In this document: piece after piece, positions 28,748-38,800 of the stretch
How the letters are laid out: every line of letters starts with the position of its first letter
How positions within the stretch are numbered: the first letter of the stretch is position 1
Source: Oscillatoriales cyanobacterium SM2_2_1
Lineage (GTDB): Bacteria; Cyanobacteriota; Cyanobacteriia; Pseudanabaenales; Pseudanabaenaceae
Assembly: GCA_012031145.1 (NCBI GenBank)
Contig: JAAUUH010000004.1
Span: forward strand, 182 to 64,181
DNA length: 64,000 nt
Direction: 5' to 3'
Made by a program: the position numbers and the translations under genes
The notes under the pieces: model-generated
Told to the model about the DNA's origin: nothing
Database searches by the model: none
Seen by the model: only the letters and a program-made list of their open reading frames with translations

Positions 28748-28927
28748 CTAAATAACACAATCGGGAAAGGTGCGCTTAAACTCGGACAACAAATCGTCCA
28801 TTTCTTCGATCGCCTGAATCACATCGACTGCCAAAGTTCCTAGGTTAGGCAACTTAGATAGCCGGATCAGGACTTCCCGCTGTTGGGCGATCGCCACTAC
28901 CTGCTCTTTAATCCGTTCCGCTGCCAT
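28748..28927 (-). CDS. 59-aa conserved-looking helical protein (below the ORF-track cutoff)
   Basis: MAAERIKEQVVAIAQQREVLIRLSKLPNLGTLAVDVIQAIEEMDDLLSEFKRTFPDCVI. AAGGA precedes the ATG, and the stop lies 10 nt before the next gene start. Confidence 0.45.
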   Translation of the reverse strand: MAAERIKEQVVAIAQQREVLIRLSKLPNLGTLAVDVIQAIEEMDDLLSEFKRTFPDCVI

Positions 28928-29283
28928 AGTGATCCTTACTCAGCTCCTCCACTCTACACCGAAATTTTAAGCCAACCACTGACAATGACGATAAGGTTGC
29001 ATCATCCCTTGCTAGGAGCTACTGACCGGGGGCAGATAGGACCCCCTAGGTCTGGGCGGTCACAAATTTGGTTTGCTGTCGGAGTGGATATCCAAGTTGG
29101 CAGACCCCATCCCTGGGCAAGGGGTAAATGTTGACGATGGAGTTGCGACTTCGCAATAAAATGCTTTGAAAACTAAAGGATTCCGCAAAGTTCCCGCTGA
29201 TCATGATTCCCAGACTTATGCTAAAACCTACCTAGTATGAGTGCATTTGTGTCGGCAGGAGATGTGTTTTGAGGATTAGGCCA

Positions 29284-30186
29284 ATGGGTCAACGCATTTG
29301 GATGAATCTGGTCGTGATTCTGGCGGCATCAATGGTGCCCACATTGGCTCCCCAAGCGGTGTCTGCCCAGGCGGTGCTGCCCCGTACGGTGCGGATAAAT
29401 TTTGGTAACACCAATGAGCAGGCCCTGATGTTGGCCCGGGAAGCGGCCCAACTGGCCCAGTTCCAGCAATTTGATTTGGCCCTGCCCCGGGCCCAACTGG
29501 CGGCCCAACTGGCACCTAAGGCCTTCCAAACCCAGGGGATTCTCGGCAGTATTTACCTCCAGCGAGAGCAATACAGTAAGGCGATCGATGCGTTGCTGAT
29601 TGCCCATAACCTCAAAAAAGACGAGCCTTCAATTTTGTTCACCCTTGGCTCAGCCTACCTCCGAAATAAAGATTATCAAGCTTCGATTCAAACCCTCCAG
29701 AAGGGGCTGAGCCTCTCACCGCGATCGCCCTCGGCAGTCTTTGACCTCGGCAATGCCTTCTTTTTGACCAAAAAATACGACCAAGCCGTGGTTGAGTACG
29801 AGCGGGTTTTGAGTCTTGATCAGCGCTTTTGGGCGGCCACCAATAATATTGGACTGGTCGAGTACGAGCGGGGTAATGTCCTCCAGTCCATCGCCCGTTG
29901 GCAGGAGTCCCTCAAACAGGCCCAGGAAATTGAATTCCGTGCCGCCGAGCCAACCCTAGCCTTGGCGACAGCCTTCTATCGTCAGGGGCAGCGAGAAAAA
30001 GCCATTGATTTGGCGGTTGAGGCTATGAAAATCGATCCCGAGTATGGCAAAGCGAGCCACTTGGTGGAAAACCTCTGGGGAGAGCGCCTCATGGCTGATG
30101 TGCAGCCGTTGCTCTCCCATCCCCGCGTCAGAAAGATCATTGAAGAGAGTGAGGCGGCGTTCCGTAACCAAAACCGACGCCCCTAG
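29284..30186 (+). CDS. secreted TPR repeat protein
   Basis: Signal peptide MGQRIWMNLVVILAASMVPTLAPQAVSAQA followed by several TPR units (LGSAYLRNKDYQASIQTLQKGLSLSP...). Confidence 0.75.
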   Translation: MGQRIWMNLVVILAASMVPTLAPQAVSAQAVLPRTVRINFGNTNEQALMLAREAAQLAQFQQFDLALPRAQLAAQLAPKAFQTQGILGSIYLQREQYSKAIDALLIAHNLKKDEPSILFTLGSAYLRNKDYQASIQTLQKGLSLSPRSPSAVFDLGNAFFLTKKYDQAVVEYERVLSLDQRFWAATNNIGLVEYERGNVLQSIARWQESLKQAQEIEFRAAEPTLALATAFYRQGQREKAIDLAVEAMKIDPEYGKASHLVENLWGERLMADVQPLLSHPRVRKIIEESEAAFRNQNRRP

Positions 30187-30191
30187 GTGCC

Positions 30192-31325
30192 ATGCAGGTC
30201 TATCTGGATCACAGTGCCACCACCCCTCTGCATCGGGAAGTCAGAGCCGCGATGGAGGAGGTTGCCTCCCGATGGGGCAATTCCTCTAGTCTCCATATTT
30301 GGGGAGAGCGCTCCTTAAATGTGATCGAGCGATCGCGCCAGATGGTGATGAACCTCTTGGGGGCTGTGGGTGGTCGGGTTGTTTTTACCTCCGGGGGCAC
30401 TGAGTCCAATAATTTGGCGATTTTTGGGATTACCCGCCAATATTTAACCCCCCAGCACCTGATTACCTCCACCGTTGAACACGCTGCCGTTGCTGAACCA
30501 ATCTGCTGGCTGGAACAGCATGGCTGGGCGGTGACGCGACTGCCGGTTGATGCCCGGGGGCAGATCGCACCCCAGGATTTGCAGTTGTCCCTGCGTCCCA
30601 ATACCGTTTTGGTATCCCTGATCTATGCCCACAATGAGGTGGGAACGGTGCAGAATCTCACCAAGCTGGGGCAGATTTGTCGGGCGGCGGGGGTATGCTT
30701 CCACACGGATGCTGTGCAGGCGGTGGGGCGAATGCCGGTGGATGTCTCCCGATGTCCGGTAGATTTGCTGTCCTTTTCGGCCCATAAGTTCTATGGCCCC
30801 CAGGGCATTGGCGGACTTTATGTGGCGGAGGGGGTGTCCCTGGTGCCCCTGCACTTTGGTGGTGGGCAGGAGGATGGATTGCGGTCGGGAACGCCGGCAG
30901 TGCCTTTGATTGCTGGGCTGGGGCAGGCGGCTAGTCTCGCCAAGGATATGATGCTTCAGGAGGGCGATCGCCTGCGGGCGTTACGGGATCATTTGCGGCA
31001 GCAGTTGGCTGACCTGCCCGAATTGCAACCGACCGGCGATTGGCAGGATCGGCTTCCCCATCACCTCAGTTTTTGCCATCGCACCTTGGCAGGGCGACGC
31101 CTGGTTTGGGCTATGAACCTAGCCGGGATCGCCATTAGTTCTGGCTCCGCCTGTAGCAGCGGACGAACCAAACCCAGTCCCACCCTCCTGGCTATGGGAT
31201 ATCCTCCAGAGATTGCTTCTGGGGGTATTCGGTTGAGCTTGGGCTATGACACGACTGCTGCCGATGTCGATTGGGCGGCCCTGGCCCTAAAACAGGCGAT
31301 CGCCCGCTTGCAGTTGGGGGATTAG
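30192..31325 (+). CDS. cysteine desulfurase (NifS/IscS class V aminotransferase)
   Basis: FTSGGTESNN, PLP-Lys SAHKFYGPQGIG, and active-site loop SSGSACSS. Confidence 0.9.
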   Translation: MQVYLDHSATTPLHREVRAAMEEVASRWGNSSSLHIWGERSLNVIERSRQMVMNLLGAVGGRVVFTSGGTESNNLAIFGITRQYLTPQHLITSTVEHAAVAEPICWLEQHGWAVTRLPVDARGQIAPQDLQLSLRPNTVLVSLIYAHNEVGTVQNLTKLGQICRAAGVCFHTDAVQAVGRMPVDVSRCPVDLLSFSAHKFYGPQGIGGLYVAEGVSLVPLHFGGGQEDGLRSGTPAVPLIAGLGQAASLAKDMMLQEGDRLRALRDHLRQQLADLPELQPTGDWQDRLPHHLSFCHRTLAGRRLVWAMNLAGIAISSGSACSSGRTKPSPTLLAMGYPPEIASGGIRLSLGYDTTAADVDWAALALKQAIARLQLGD

Positions 31326-31328
31326 GGG

Positions 31329-31796
31329 ATGAACTATGACCTGCGCACCGCAACCGACATCTACGCCATGGCTAAGGTGCAGCAGTGGTTTGCCGCCATC
31401 CCCAACATCCCCCCCAAGGTTCGCATGCAGTGCAATCTGGTCTTGGTTGAGATTTTTACCAATGTGGTGTGCTACGCCCATGCCGACCTGCCGGAAGACA
31501 CCCCTATCGACCTGCTGGTGATAACCGATAACCAGGGGTTAGAACTGCACATCTGGGACTTCGGGGCCCCTTTCGACCTGCGGCGGGAGGTGGAGCACCA
31601 GCGCGATCGCCACGAAAAAGCCCTCGAAAACCTTGATGACTTGCCCACGGGAGGGCGGGGACTCATGATCACCGATTCTATTGCCGATCAGTTGGAATAC
31701 ATGCGCTTACCCGACGGCCGGAATCACTTTCGGATGCGTAAAAACTTTTCCCCTAGCTTAGATGCCGATGCTGCACAGCCAACTGAGCATACTTAA
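31329..31796 (+). CDS. anti-sigma regulatory factor-type Ser/Thr kinase (HATPase_c_2, RsbW/SpoIIAB-like)
   Basis: LVLVEIFTNVVCYAH...GGRGLMITDSIADQLEY. It starts 3 nt after the desulfurase stop. Confidence 0.7.
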   Translation: MNYDLRTATDIYAMAKVQQWFAAIPNIPPKVRMQCNLVLVEIFTNVVCYAHADLPEDTPIDLLVITDNQGLELHIWDFGAPFDLRREVEHQRDRHEKALENLDDLPTGGRGLMITDSIADQLEYMRLPDGRNHFRMRKNFSPSLDADAAQPTEHT

Positions 31797-32271
31797 GGGC
31801 GTGCTGCCGTAGGTATAACTGCTCGGCGTTGGTGGTTAGTCGTCGCACTTGGGCCGGAATTCCAGCCGCGATCGCCCCATCGGGTACATCCTTAGTTACA
31901 ACGGCCCCGGCTCCGATCATGCAGCCCGAACCCACGGTGACCCCCTCCATGAGCACGGATCCCATGCCGATGAGGCTGCCTTCCCCAATGGCGCGGTTGT
32001 GAATCACAGCCCGGTGCCCAATGGTAACGTAGTCGGCGATCGCCAAATCCTGCTCCGGATCGCCATGGAGGATCGCCCCATCCTGAACATTCACCCAGCG
32101 TCCAATCACAATTCGATGGAGGTCGGCACGCACCACTGCCTGATACCAGATGCTCGAACCCTCACCCAAGATCACCTGACCAATGACTGTGGCATTGCCT
32201 GCTACAAATGCCGCCGCTGTCAATTCGGGCAGCATTGGCCCAACAAACTCTGGCCAAGCTCTATCATCCAT
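31753..32271 (-). CDS. gamma-class carbonic anhydrase-like / hexapeptide-repeat protein
   Basis: Left-handed beta-helix repeats with His ligands (VNVQDGAILHGD...IGHRAVIHN). Confidence 0.8.
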   Translation of the reverse strand: MDDRAWPEFVGPMLPELTAAAFVAGNATVIGQVILGEGSSIWYQAVVRADLHRIVIGRWVNVQDGAILHGDPEQDLAIADYVTIGHRAVIHNRAIGEGSLIGMGSVLMEGVTVGSGCMIGAGAVVTKDVPDGAIAAGIPAQVRRLTTNAEQLYLRQHALKYAQLAVQHRHLS

Positions 32272-32289
32272 AGTTACTGTTAACTGTCG

Positions 32290-32982
32290 TTACTTTGACA
32301 CCAACGGAACTTCCGGGAGGGGCGATCGGCGGCAGAGATATATAAGACCTCCCACTAAGGGCAGCAATCCGGTCACGGCAACCCAATAATCCCCATCCAT
32401 GGTTCGCCGCGATAAGTCATCACCAACTAACCAGGGCAGTAACAAGGTTAGTAAACCAAAATCTAGGGACATCACATGGACAAACCGATTGGTCTGCCAC
32501 AGGGCAATGAAGGTCTGCAGGTCACCGTTGCTGATTCCATAGGCACCAAAAAACAGGGCGATCGCCAGTAAAACCACTCCCGTTGCCGGATGTTCCCAAA
32601 CTCCTATCCAGCGCGATCGCACGCCAGAAAAAGTTGGTTGCGGGTCGCGCAACACCATGTAGGGCAAAATTGCAAACGCCCCCACCAAAAAAGACGCCGT
32701 CACAAACGGCCAGGCGGGCACCCGTTGACGCTCGCCATCGGTTGCTAGCACCGCCGCAAACACCGCCGGATAGACCCCCATCCAGTTAAACAGCGCCACC
32801 ACCCAGCCATCCACCGCCTGCCAGTTCCCAGAAATCAGCTTTTGCAGCAATTCCCCAGTCTGCGGCGAATCGGGCGGCGCAAAACCAAACGTATAAACCA
32901 CAAACGCTAGCCAAACCGCACCCAAACCAATACGAGCAGCCACAAGCCTATTCCCAATTCCTAAGCTAGAGTTTTCTTGCAA
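32290..32982 (-). CDS. multi-pass membrane protein, hypothetical
   Basis: 230 aa with 5-6 hydrophobic helices. TTG start, 21 nt downstream of the last pseudopilin gene, so possibly co-transcribed. Confidence 0.55.
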   Translation of the reverse strand: MQENSSLGIGNRLVAARIGLGAVWLAFVVYTFGFAPPDSPQTGELLQKLISGNWQAVDGWVVALFNWMGVYPAVFAAVLATDGERQRVPAWPFVTASFLVGAFAILPYMVLRDPQPTFSGVRSRWIGVWEHPATGVVLLAIALFFGAYGISNGDLQTFIALWQTNRFVHVMSLDFGLLTLLLPWLVGDDLSRRTMDGDYWVAVTGLLPLVGGLIYLCRRSPLPEVPLVSK

Positions 32983-33003
32983 ATACTAGCATTTGTAACC
33001 AGG

Positions 33004-33633
33004 CTAGTTATTAATACAACCTTGTTCCCCCTGAGACCTCACGCGCAGAGCACCCAAGATAGTTTGTCTTGCGATGCAGCGCCTCCGCCCGCTTTCAGGT
33101 TGATGCCTTAAAACAAGTCGTTCTCCATCCCCATCTCCATCTGCGGTAGTTCCAACATCTACTCCGCCATTGTTAAATTCCGCCTCTCTGACTCCTCGGC
33201 TATCATATTTTGATACAAAAACACCGCCACCACCATCTATCAAGTTCTTAGTAGAGGGAACTCCCGTATCTGCAATTAGCACGTTGGCAGGTAAATCTTG
33301 CCAAGGCACATTGGCATAGCGCGCATCGTCATCGGGCACCCCAGGTAGAGTACTAACAACTGCAAACTGAGCATTGCGCCCATCGGGACGATTACGAAAC
33401 CGCACCTGCCAACTGCGTTTCTCTTTTTTGGCATTGCTCTGGGCAGTGCTTAGACTCCGTACAACCGTGATTTGGGCATCGCTCAATCTTTGATTGATCT
33501 GAAAACCAATAAAGTTGGGAGCCACGATCGCCGTTAGCACCCCCACAATGATCAACACCACCAAAGCTTCTAGCAGCGTAAAGCCAGAGTTACGCCGCCG
33601 GTTTCGACTAAACAACCTAAAATTCATCCGCAT
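33004..33633 (-). CDS. prepilin-type pseudopilin (GspH/FimT-like; HpsD position)
   Basis: Class III signal RRRNSG|FTLLEALVVLIIVGVLTAIVAPNF with Glu+5. GGAG lies upstream of the ATG. Confidence 0.8.
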   Translation of the reverse strand: MRMNFRLFSRNRRRNSGFTLLEALVVLIIVGVLTAIVAPNFIGFQINQRLSDAQITVVRSLSTAQSNAKKEKRSWQVRFRNRPDGRNAQFAVVSTLPGVPDDDARYANVPWQDLPANVLIADTGVPSTKNLIDGGGGVFVSKYDSRGVREAEFNNGGVDVGTTADGDGDGERLVLRHQPESGRRRCIARQTILGALRVRSQGEQGCINN

Positions 33634-33653
33634 AATTTCAGCTCCGGTGCTTC

Positions 33654-35036
33654 CTAGCTATCAATGTTAAACAATCCCCGCCCAAGAACCGTCGTGCTGC
33701 CCGTCACCAACTCCGCCGAATTTTGTCCGCTTTGCCTAAAGTTAATGTTTGGCTGCAACCGCACCCGATAATTAGCACGAATCCAAATCCGCGCCGAGGT
33801 TTGGTTGGGCCTCCCGGCATTTGCTATACAGACATAGAAACTTGTATAGGTGCCTCGGGCAGCGCCGCCACTGATGACCCTTGCAAACCTTGGGTCAGCG
33901 TTTTGCTCAAACTGCCCCGGAATCCTTTGAGCGATGTGAGTTGAAGGATCGGCAGGGTTGTAGTCTTCCACCCCAACCCCTCGGTTGGGATCGGAGCAAT
34001 CTTGATTAACAGTAATAATGTTGGGAGCACTGCCAGTCGTCGTGTTTGGCCCCACATCAACGCGCACAGCATTGTTGGTTGCACCCCCAGTATCCTGACC
34101 ATTGACGTAGGGTGAGTCGTCAACGAAGTCGAGGAGAACCTCAGCTGGATTGCCAGTGCCATAGCTCCCAGAGGGTCGCCATCTGTTGAATTTTTCCTTG
34201 AGGGTTCCGGCAGAAGCGAGATCGAAAGGGGCAAATCCGTCATCAGAATTCACGATAAACCCACTCCTGCGAAAAATCTCATTCTGCAGGAGGGTTGCCC
34301 CAGAACCAGGTGGAAGGACAGCACTAGGTGGGGTGGGACAGCCTGGCGCTGCTCCACTCCGCGCAGCGTCGATGGATGAACCGTTAAAGCAAGACCATGG
34401 AACTCCATCCCTGAGTTCAAAACGAATGATGCGTGCAGCGTTGGACCATACGCCAGGTGTATCAAAATCTGCGGGGTTATCGCTATCCTTTTGCAAATAA
34501 TAGGACACTAATGAATACCTGAACTTTCCTCTCCCCTTAGGAACCCCATCTGGGGTGCGGCAATCCGAGTCATTGGCACCAGCGTTTTGGTTGTTGTACT
34601 CCAAGCAGCCAGCCAGCCATGAGGTTCCGTCAATACGTCTTACCCGAGTCGTAGGCGACAAAAAAGATCGCTTCCAGAACACCAATATGGGGATGCGATT
34701 TACTCTGTCAAAGAACCGCAACTCGTCAAGAATTCCGCCATTCGCAGCATTTCTCGATACAGCATCTGCATCGTAGATGTAAACTGCTTCCTGAAGATCA
34801 TCGGCAATGAATCGCAGAGCCGACTGCACTTCATCCTGAGTGGCAGCTTTGGCTTCCTCTATTCGGTTTGACTCCAAAATACTGGTTAAAAAAGTCAGGA
34901 GCACTGCCACCAGCAAAGATGCAATTAATGCCGAGACCAGTAGTTCCAACAGAGTGAACCCTCGGCTTCCGCGTCTGCCAAACCATACCCTCCGGCGACC
35001 GAGCCATCCCGCAAATTGCCTTACCGATGACATCAT
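33654..35036 (-). CDS. large prepilin-type pseudopilin (PilW/GspJ-like size; HpsC position)
   Basis: GRRGSRG|FTLLELLVSALIASLLVAVLLTFL. 460 aa. GGAGG lies 8 nt before the ATG. Confidence 0.8.
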   Translation of the reverse strand: MMSSVRQFAGWLGRRRVWFGRRGSRGFTLLELLVSALIASLLVAVLLTFLTSILESNRIEEAKAATQDEVQSALRFIADDLQEAVYIYDADAVSRNAANGGILDELRFFDRVNRIPILVFWKRSFLSPTTRVRRIDGTSWLAGCLEYNNQNAGANDSDCRTPDGVPKGRGKFRYSLVSYYLQKDSDNPADFDTPGVWSNAARIIRFELRDGVPWSCFNGSSIDAARSGAAPGCPTPPSAVLPPGSGATLLQNEIFRRSGFIVNSDDGFAPFDLASAGTLKEKFNRWRPSGSYGTGNPAEVLLDFVDDSPYVNGQDTGGATNNAVRVDVGPNTTTGSAPNIITVNQDCSDPNRGVGVEDYNPADPSTHIAQRIPGQFEQNADPRFARVISGGAARGTYTSFYVCIANAGRPNQTSARIWIRANYRVRLQPNINFRQSGQNSAELVTGSTTVLGRGLFNIDS

Positions 35037-35051
35037 ACTTTTTCCTCCCTA

Positions 35052-35741
35052 TTACCTGAGAACCACATCACGGGACACTTCACCACGGATAATTACCAAC
35101 GGGCAATTGCGATTGCCGAGTCTAGCGCCAAAGGTGGTGCCACTTTGTCCGCAAGCGCCACCAGATTCACCGCGTTGCAATGGCACAACCGTGCCCGTAA
35201 TGTTTGCGCCACCTGTAAAAGCATCGGCTCGATAGACCCGTGCCGCGACCTCAAAGGGATCACTATCAGTTCCGGTCGGACGAAAGCTGGGATCGGGAAA
35301 CACAGAATCGTTATACATGGGTTGAATCACAAGATCCTGCGGATCGTCGGTGCTGAACCCATTGCCATTGGTGTCAACACGAACGCCGGGCAAATTATTG
35401 AGTGCCGCAGGGGCAATGCCACCACCTCCCCCCGGTGCTGGCACTTGATCAAAAAAGTAGGAGTTCGTTGCTGAAGTCACACGAATTGTTGGTTGGGTAC
35501 GCAACTGTGACAGGGTAATCGCGCGGCTGGTCACCCGGTCAATAAAGCCACGCCCGGCACTGGTAGCCAAATCTACCCGTCGTGCTTGCACTCGAGCGCT
35601 GACAGAAATCGCCACTAGGGGCGTAATTGCCACCAAGAGCACACTAACCACTACCGAGGCCACCAACGATTCAAGAATTGTAAAACCGTCAGTCGGTCTA
35701 CAGCACTTCAACATCAGCAACAGGAATTTTTTTCGATCCAT
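35052..35741 (-). CDS. prepilin-type pseudopilin (HpsB position)
   Basis: CCRPTDG|FTILESLVASVVVSVLLVAITPLV with Glu+5. 229 aa. Confidence 0.8.
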   Translation of the reverse strand: MDRKKFLLLMLKCCRPTDGFTILESLVASVVVSVLLVAITPLVAISVSARVQARRVDLATSAGRGFIDRVTSRAITLSQLRTQPTIRVTSATNSYFFDQVPAPGGGGGIAPAALNNLPGVRVDTNGNGFSTDDPQDLVIQPMYNDSVFPDPSFRPTGTDSDPFEVAARVYRADAFTGGANITGTVVPLQRGESGGACGQSGTTFGARLGNRNCPLVIIRGEVSRDVVLR

Positions 35742-35836
35742 AGAACAACACCGTACTCAGGTTATGCGTTATTAAACCACTGGGATTTCCCTAGGCAAAG
35801 GGAAGAGTCGTAAACAACTCCTTCCCTCGCCGCCAG

Positions 35837-38800
35837 CTAGTTGACGTAAGTGGTTGGGAAACAATTATTAGGTAGATCCCGCTGACCTGCGAGCGCCCGC
35901 CTTGTGTAGTTGGTGAACTTGGTTAGGGTGCGCTGGGGTCGGGTAAGGTTGACTTCGGCATTGACGCCCGTTCCTGAGGCTGTCCCGGGGTTGGCAGCGT
36001 TGGGATTGACCGGCTCTGCCGCACAGAGCAAGGTGGCTATGTAGGGGTCGTTGCGGTCAGTTTCCCTAAAGAAATCACTGAAGTTAGGCAAGTCCCTAGA
36101 GAACCGTTCTGCAAAGCGATCTGGTGCCTGGGTCAGCAAGCCGACATCGAAGCCCCAGTTCCGTTGTGGCGGGTTGTAATACGGCAACCGCAATAGGGCG
36201 AAGGATCGATAAATGGCATCGGGAGTTGCATCATCGTTATCAAAGTCGCCGAGACGGTCGTTAAACGTGTTGTTGTCAAGGGCATTGACGAATAATGACT
36301 CTGGCACGACGGTGTTTTCTGGTGCATTGGGATCGCGATAGGGACCAGTTTGGGCAAAGGGAGCTGTGTCGAATTGGCTACGGGTGTTCTGCAGGAAGCC
36401 CCCCGCAATGTTCAGCGGTACCTCTGTCCAGTTTTCCATGAGACGAACAAAGTTCGGTAAGCCACCTCCAGTTTCACCGGTGATATTCCCTGTGGCACCA
36501 ATACCCGTAACCGTAGCGAACGATCTGGAGGGCGTTGTACCAGCCACAGTATAGATATTGATCTCACTGGCAACAGCTCGCTGGTTCCACAGACCATTAG
36601 TTGCCGAGGGCAATCCACTAATTGTCCGGGCATCATTATTAATAATTGGAGCAAGGTTCTGAGTGCCGGTATTGGTAGTGTCACCTGGACTAGACGGCAC
36701 ATGGAAATGAACCACTGGCACAGTGAGCGGCTCGTTGGTCGTGGTCATAGCCACAGCCACCGTATTTTCGTTCACATCGCTAGAACGGTAGCCTAGGAAT
36801 CGCACACCGCGCAGAGCAACTCTGTCCGTAATGGTGAGGGTTGTGGTTTCTGCAATTGTGTTGCCACCGGCGAGTGTGGTGCGACCAATGAAGTTGCCAG
36901 CCAAGATGGATGGCGTTGCAGGAACTGAGTTGAACTCCTCGTAGGTAAGCTCGGTGGTTCCGAGGGTCACGGTTGGGTTAGTGAGCTTGTAGAGGTTAAT
37001 ACTTCCCGGAGACAGGACAGGGATGACTCTATTGGCAGTGAGTTCTGCAGCGTCATCGAAGTCTGTAACCCGTGTTAACGGACTACCAGGGCCAGGGTAA
37101 GTATAAACCCCGTTTTGTGTGCGGTTATTCTGTCCCGTCAGCAGAATGCGGATACCGCCACTAGGAGCAGTTGCTCCTGTACCATCGGCAAGGTTGACGT
37201 CTGCAGTCTCTACTGCTGCCACAGGCTCAGGCAGAAGGGTGAAGTTTTTAGGCGCGCCGGGAACGGCGGGAGAGCCGAAGGGGAAGGGGTCGTTACTGAG
37301 CTTAAAGAAGCGGTTGGCACTGCTCCCCTCGAAGACACGCACAGTCACACCCTGAACCGCATTGGTGGCACTCTCATCGAAGTCAGCAGCAGGAACTGCG
37401 GCAGACCCAGCACTTTCGAAAATGTAGATGCCGTTTTCAGCCGGAGCGGACTGGTCTTTCACCAAAAAGCGATCGCCCGAAGTCAGTGGTACGCCATCGA
37501 CCGTTGCTGGCATTAGGGCCAAGTTGACATTGACCGTTGTCGCCACACGAACATCCCGCAGGGTTGGCTGGGCAGGAATGCTTTCTAAAGCAACGGCATC
37601 GGTACTATTCAGGCGCGGAGTAAACCAAAATACATTGTTGGGTTCTACTCCCTCTAACTTCAGGCGCACCCCCGAAAGCTCGAGGTCTTCTGTGGGACTG
37701 CCTTGGAGGATAAATACCGGACTTGGGCCACCATTGGGATTTGCCCGCAGAATGATGGTAACTCCACGGAACTGGTCATTGGAGCCGCCCGTATCTGGGT
37801 CGCCGGAGTTGTAACGGGTAGGAACCGTCGTATTGGCATCAATTGTCGTGTTGTTGAGCACGCCGCCAATAGTGCGAGTACCAGTGGAAACAACACCTAA
37901 CCCGTCACGGCTGAAATTATAGACATTGACGCGATTATTGCTGAAGGTATTGGCAGCGGTGAGGATAATCTCCCTTGGTTGGGCAGAATCGCCTTCAATT
38001 TGCACGTTCGCCGCGCGGTTCAGGGGCTCGGTGATAGGTACCGTTGGGCGAACGAGTTCAATACCTTGGAACGTGCCAGCGGGTTGGGCTGGGTCAAACG
38101 CTGGGGTGCTTAGGGTGCTAAAGAACTGAACAATCGCCGCCCGGGGATTACCCACATTAGTCGGGCACGAGTTAGTAGTAAAGTCTTGCCGCGCGACATT
38201 ACCACCCAAGGTTGTCTGGCGAGATTGATACTTCTGGGATCTGCCCGTTGCACCGCAGATGGCAAAGGCCGAAGCAGGACGAATGCTGACATCAGCAGGA
38301 TATAGGGGGTTGGCAGGTAAGTTGAGGTTGGCGATTACCGCGCCGGGCGTCGAACCCACAGGTTCGGGACGCTCACAGGTGGCATCCACAAATCCATCCC
38401 GGCTGTCGATACACACCGTGTCGGGCAGCACAAGGCGATCGGGGTGCAAGGGGTTGTTGGAATTATTGCTACCCGTTTGGGGCCAGGCACTCTGGAACAG
38501 ATACAGAGCACGGCCGCCATCCCAATTGAATCCCGCGGTGTCGCTTTCTCCGGGGTAGTTGCTTCGACTAGTGGTGCGGAACCAGAGGGCGCGATCGCTG
38601 AATTCAGGATAGGTATTCGTCATCCCCGGCAGCATGGGCAAGCGACCTGAATCATTGTTAGAGACAATCACCGGCGAGTTGGGCGGTGGCAGTTGGGAGT
38701 TATAAACCGCTTGGCTAGTGGTATCGAAGTCGTTGAATGATCGACCAAAGAGCGATCGAATGGGGAACAGAGGTGTGGTGCCGTCCGCAGGAACCGGGCT

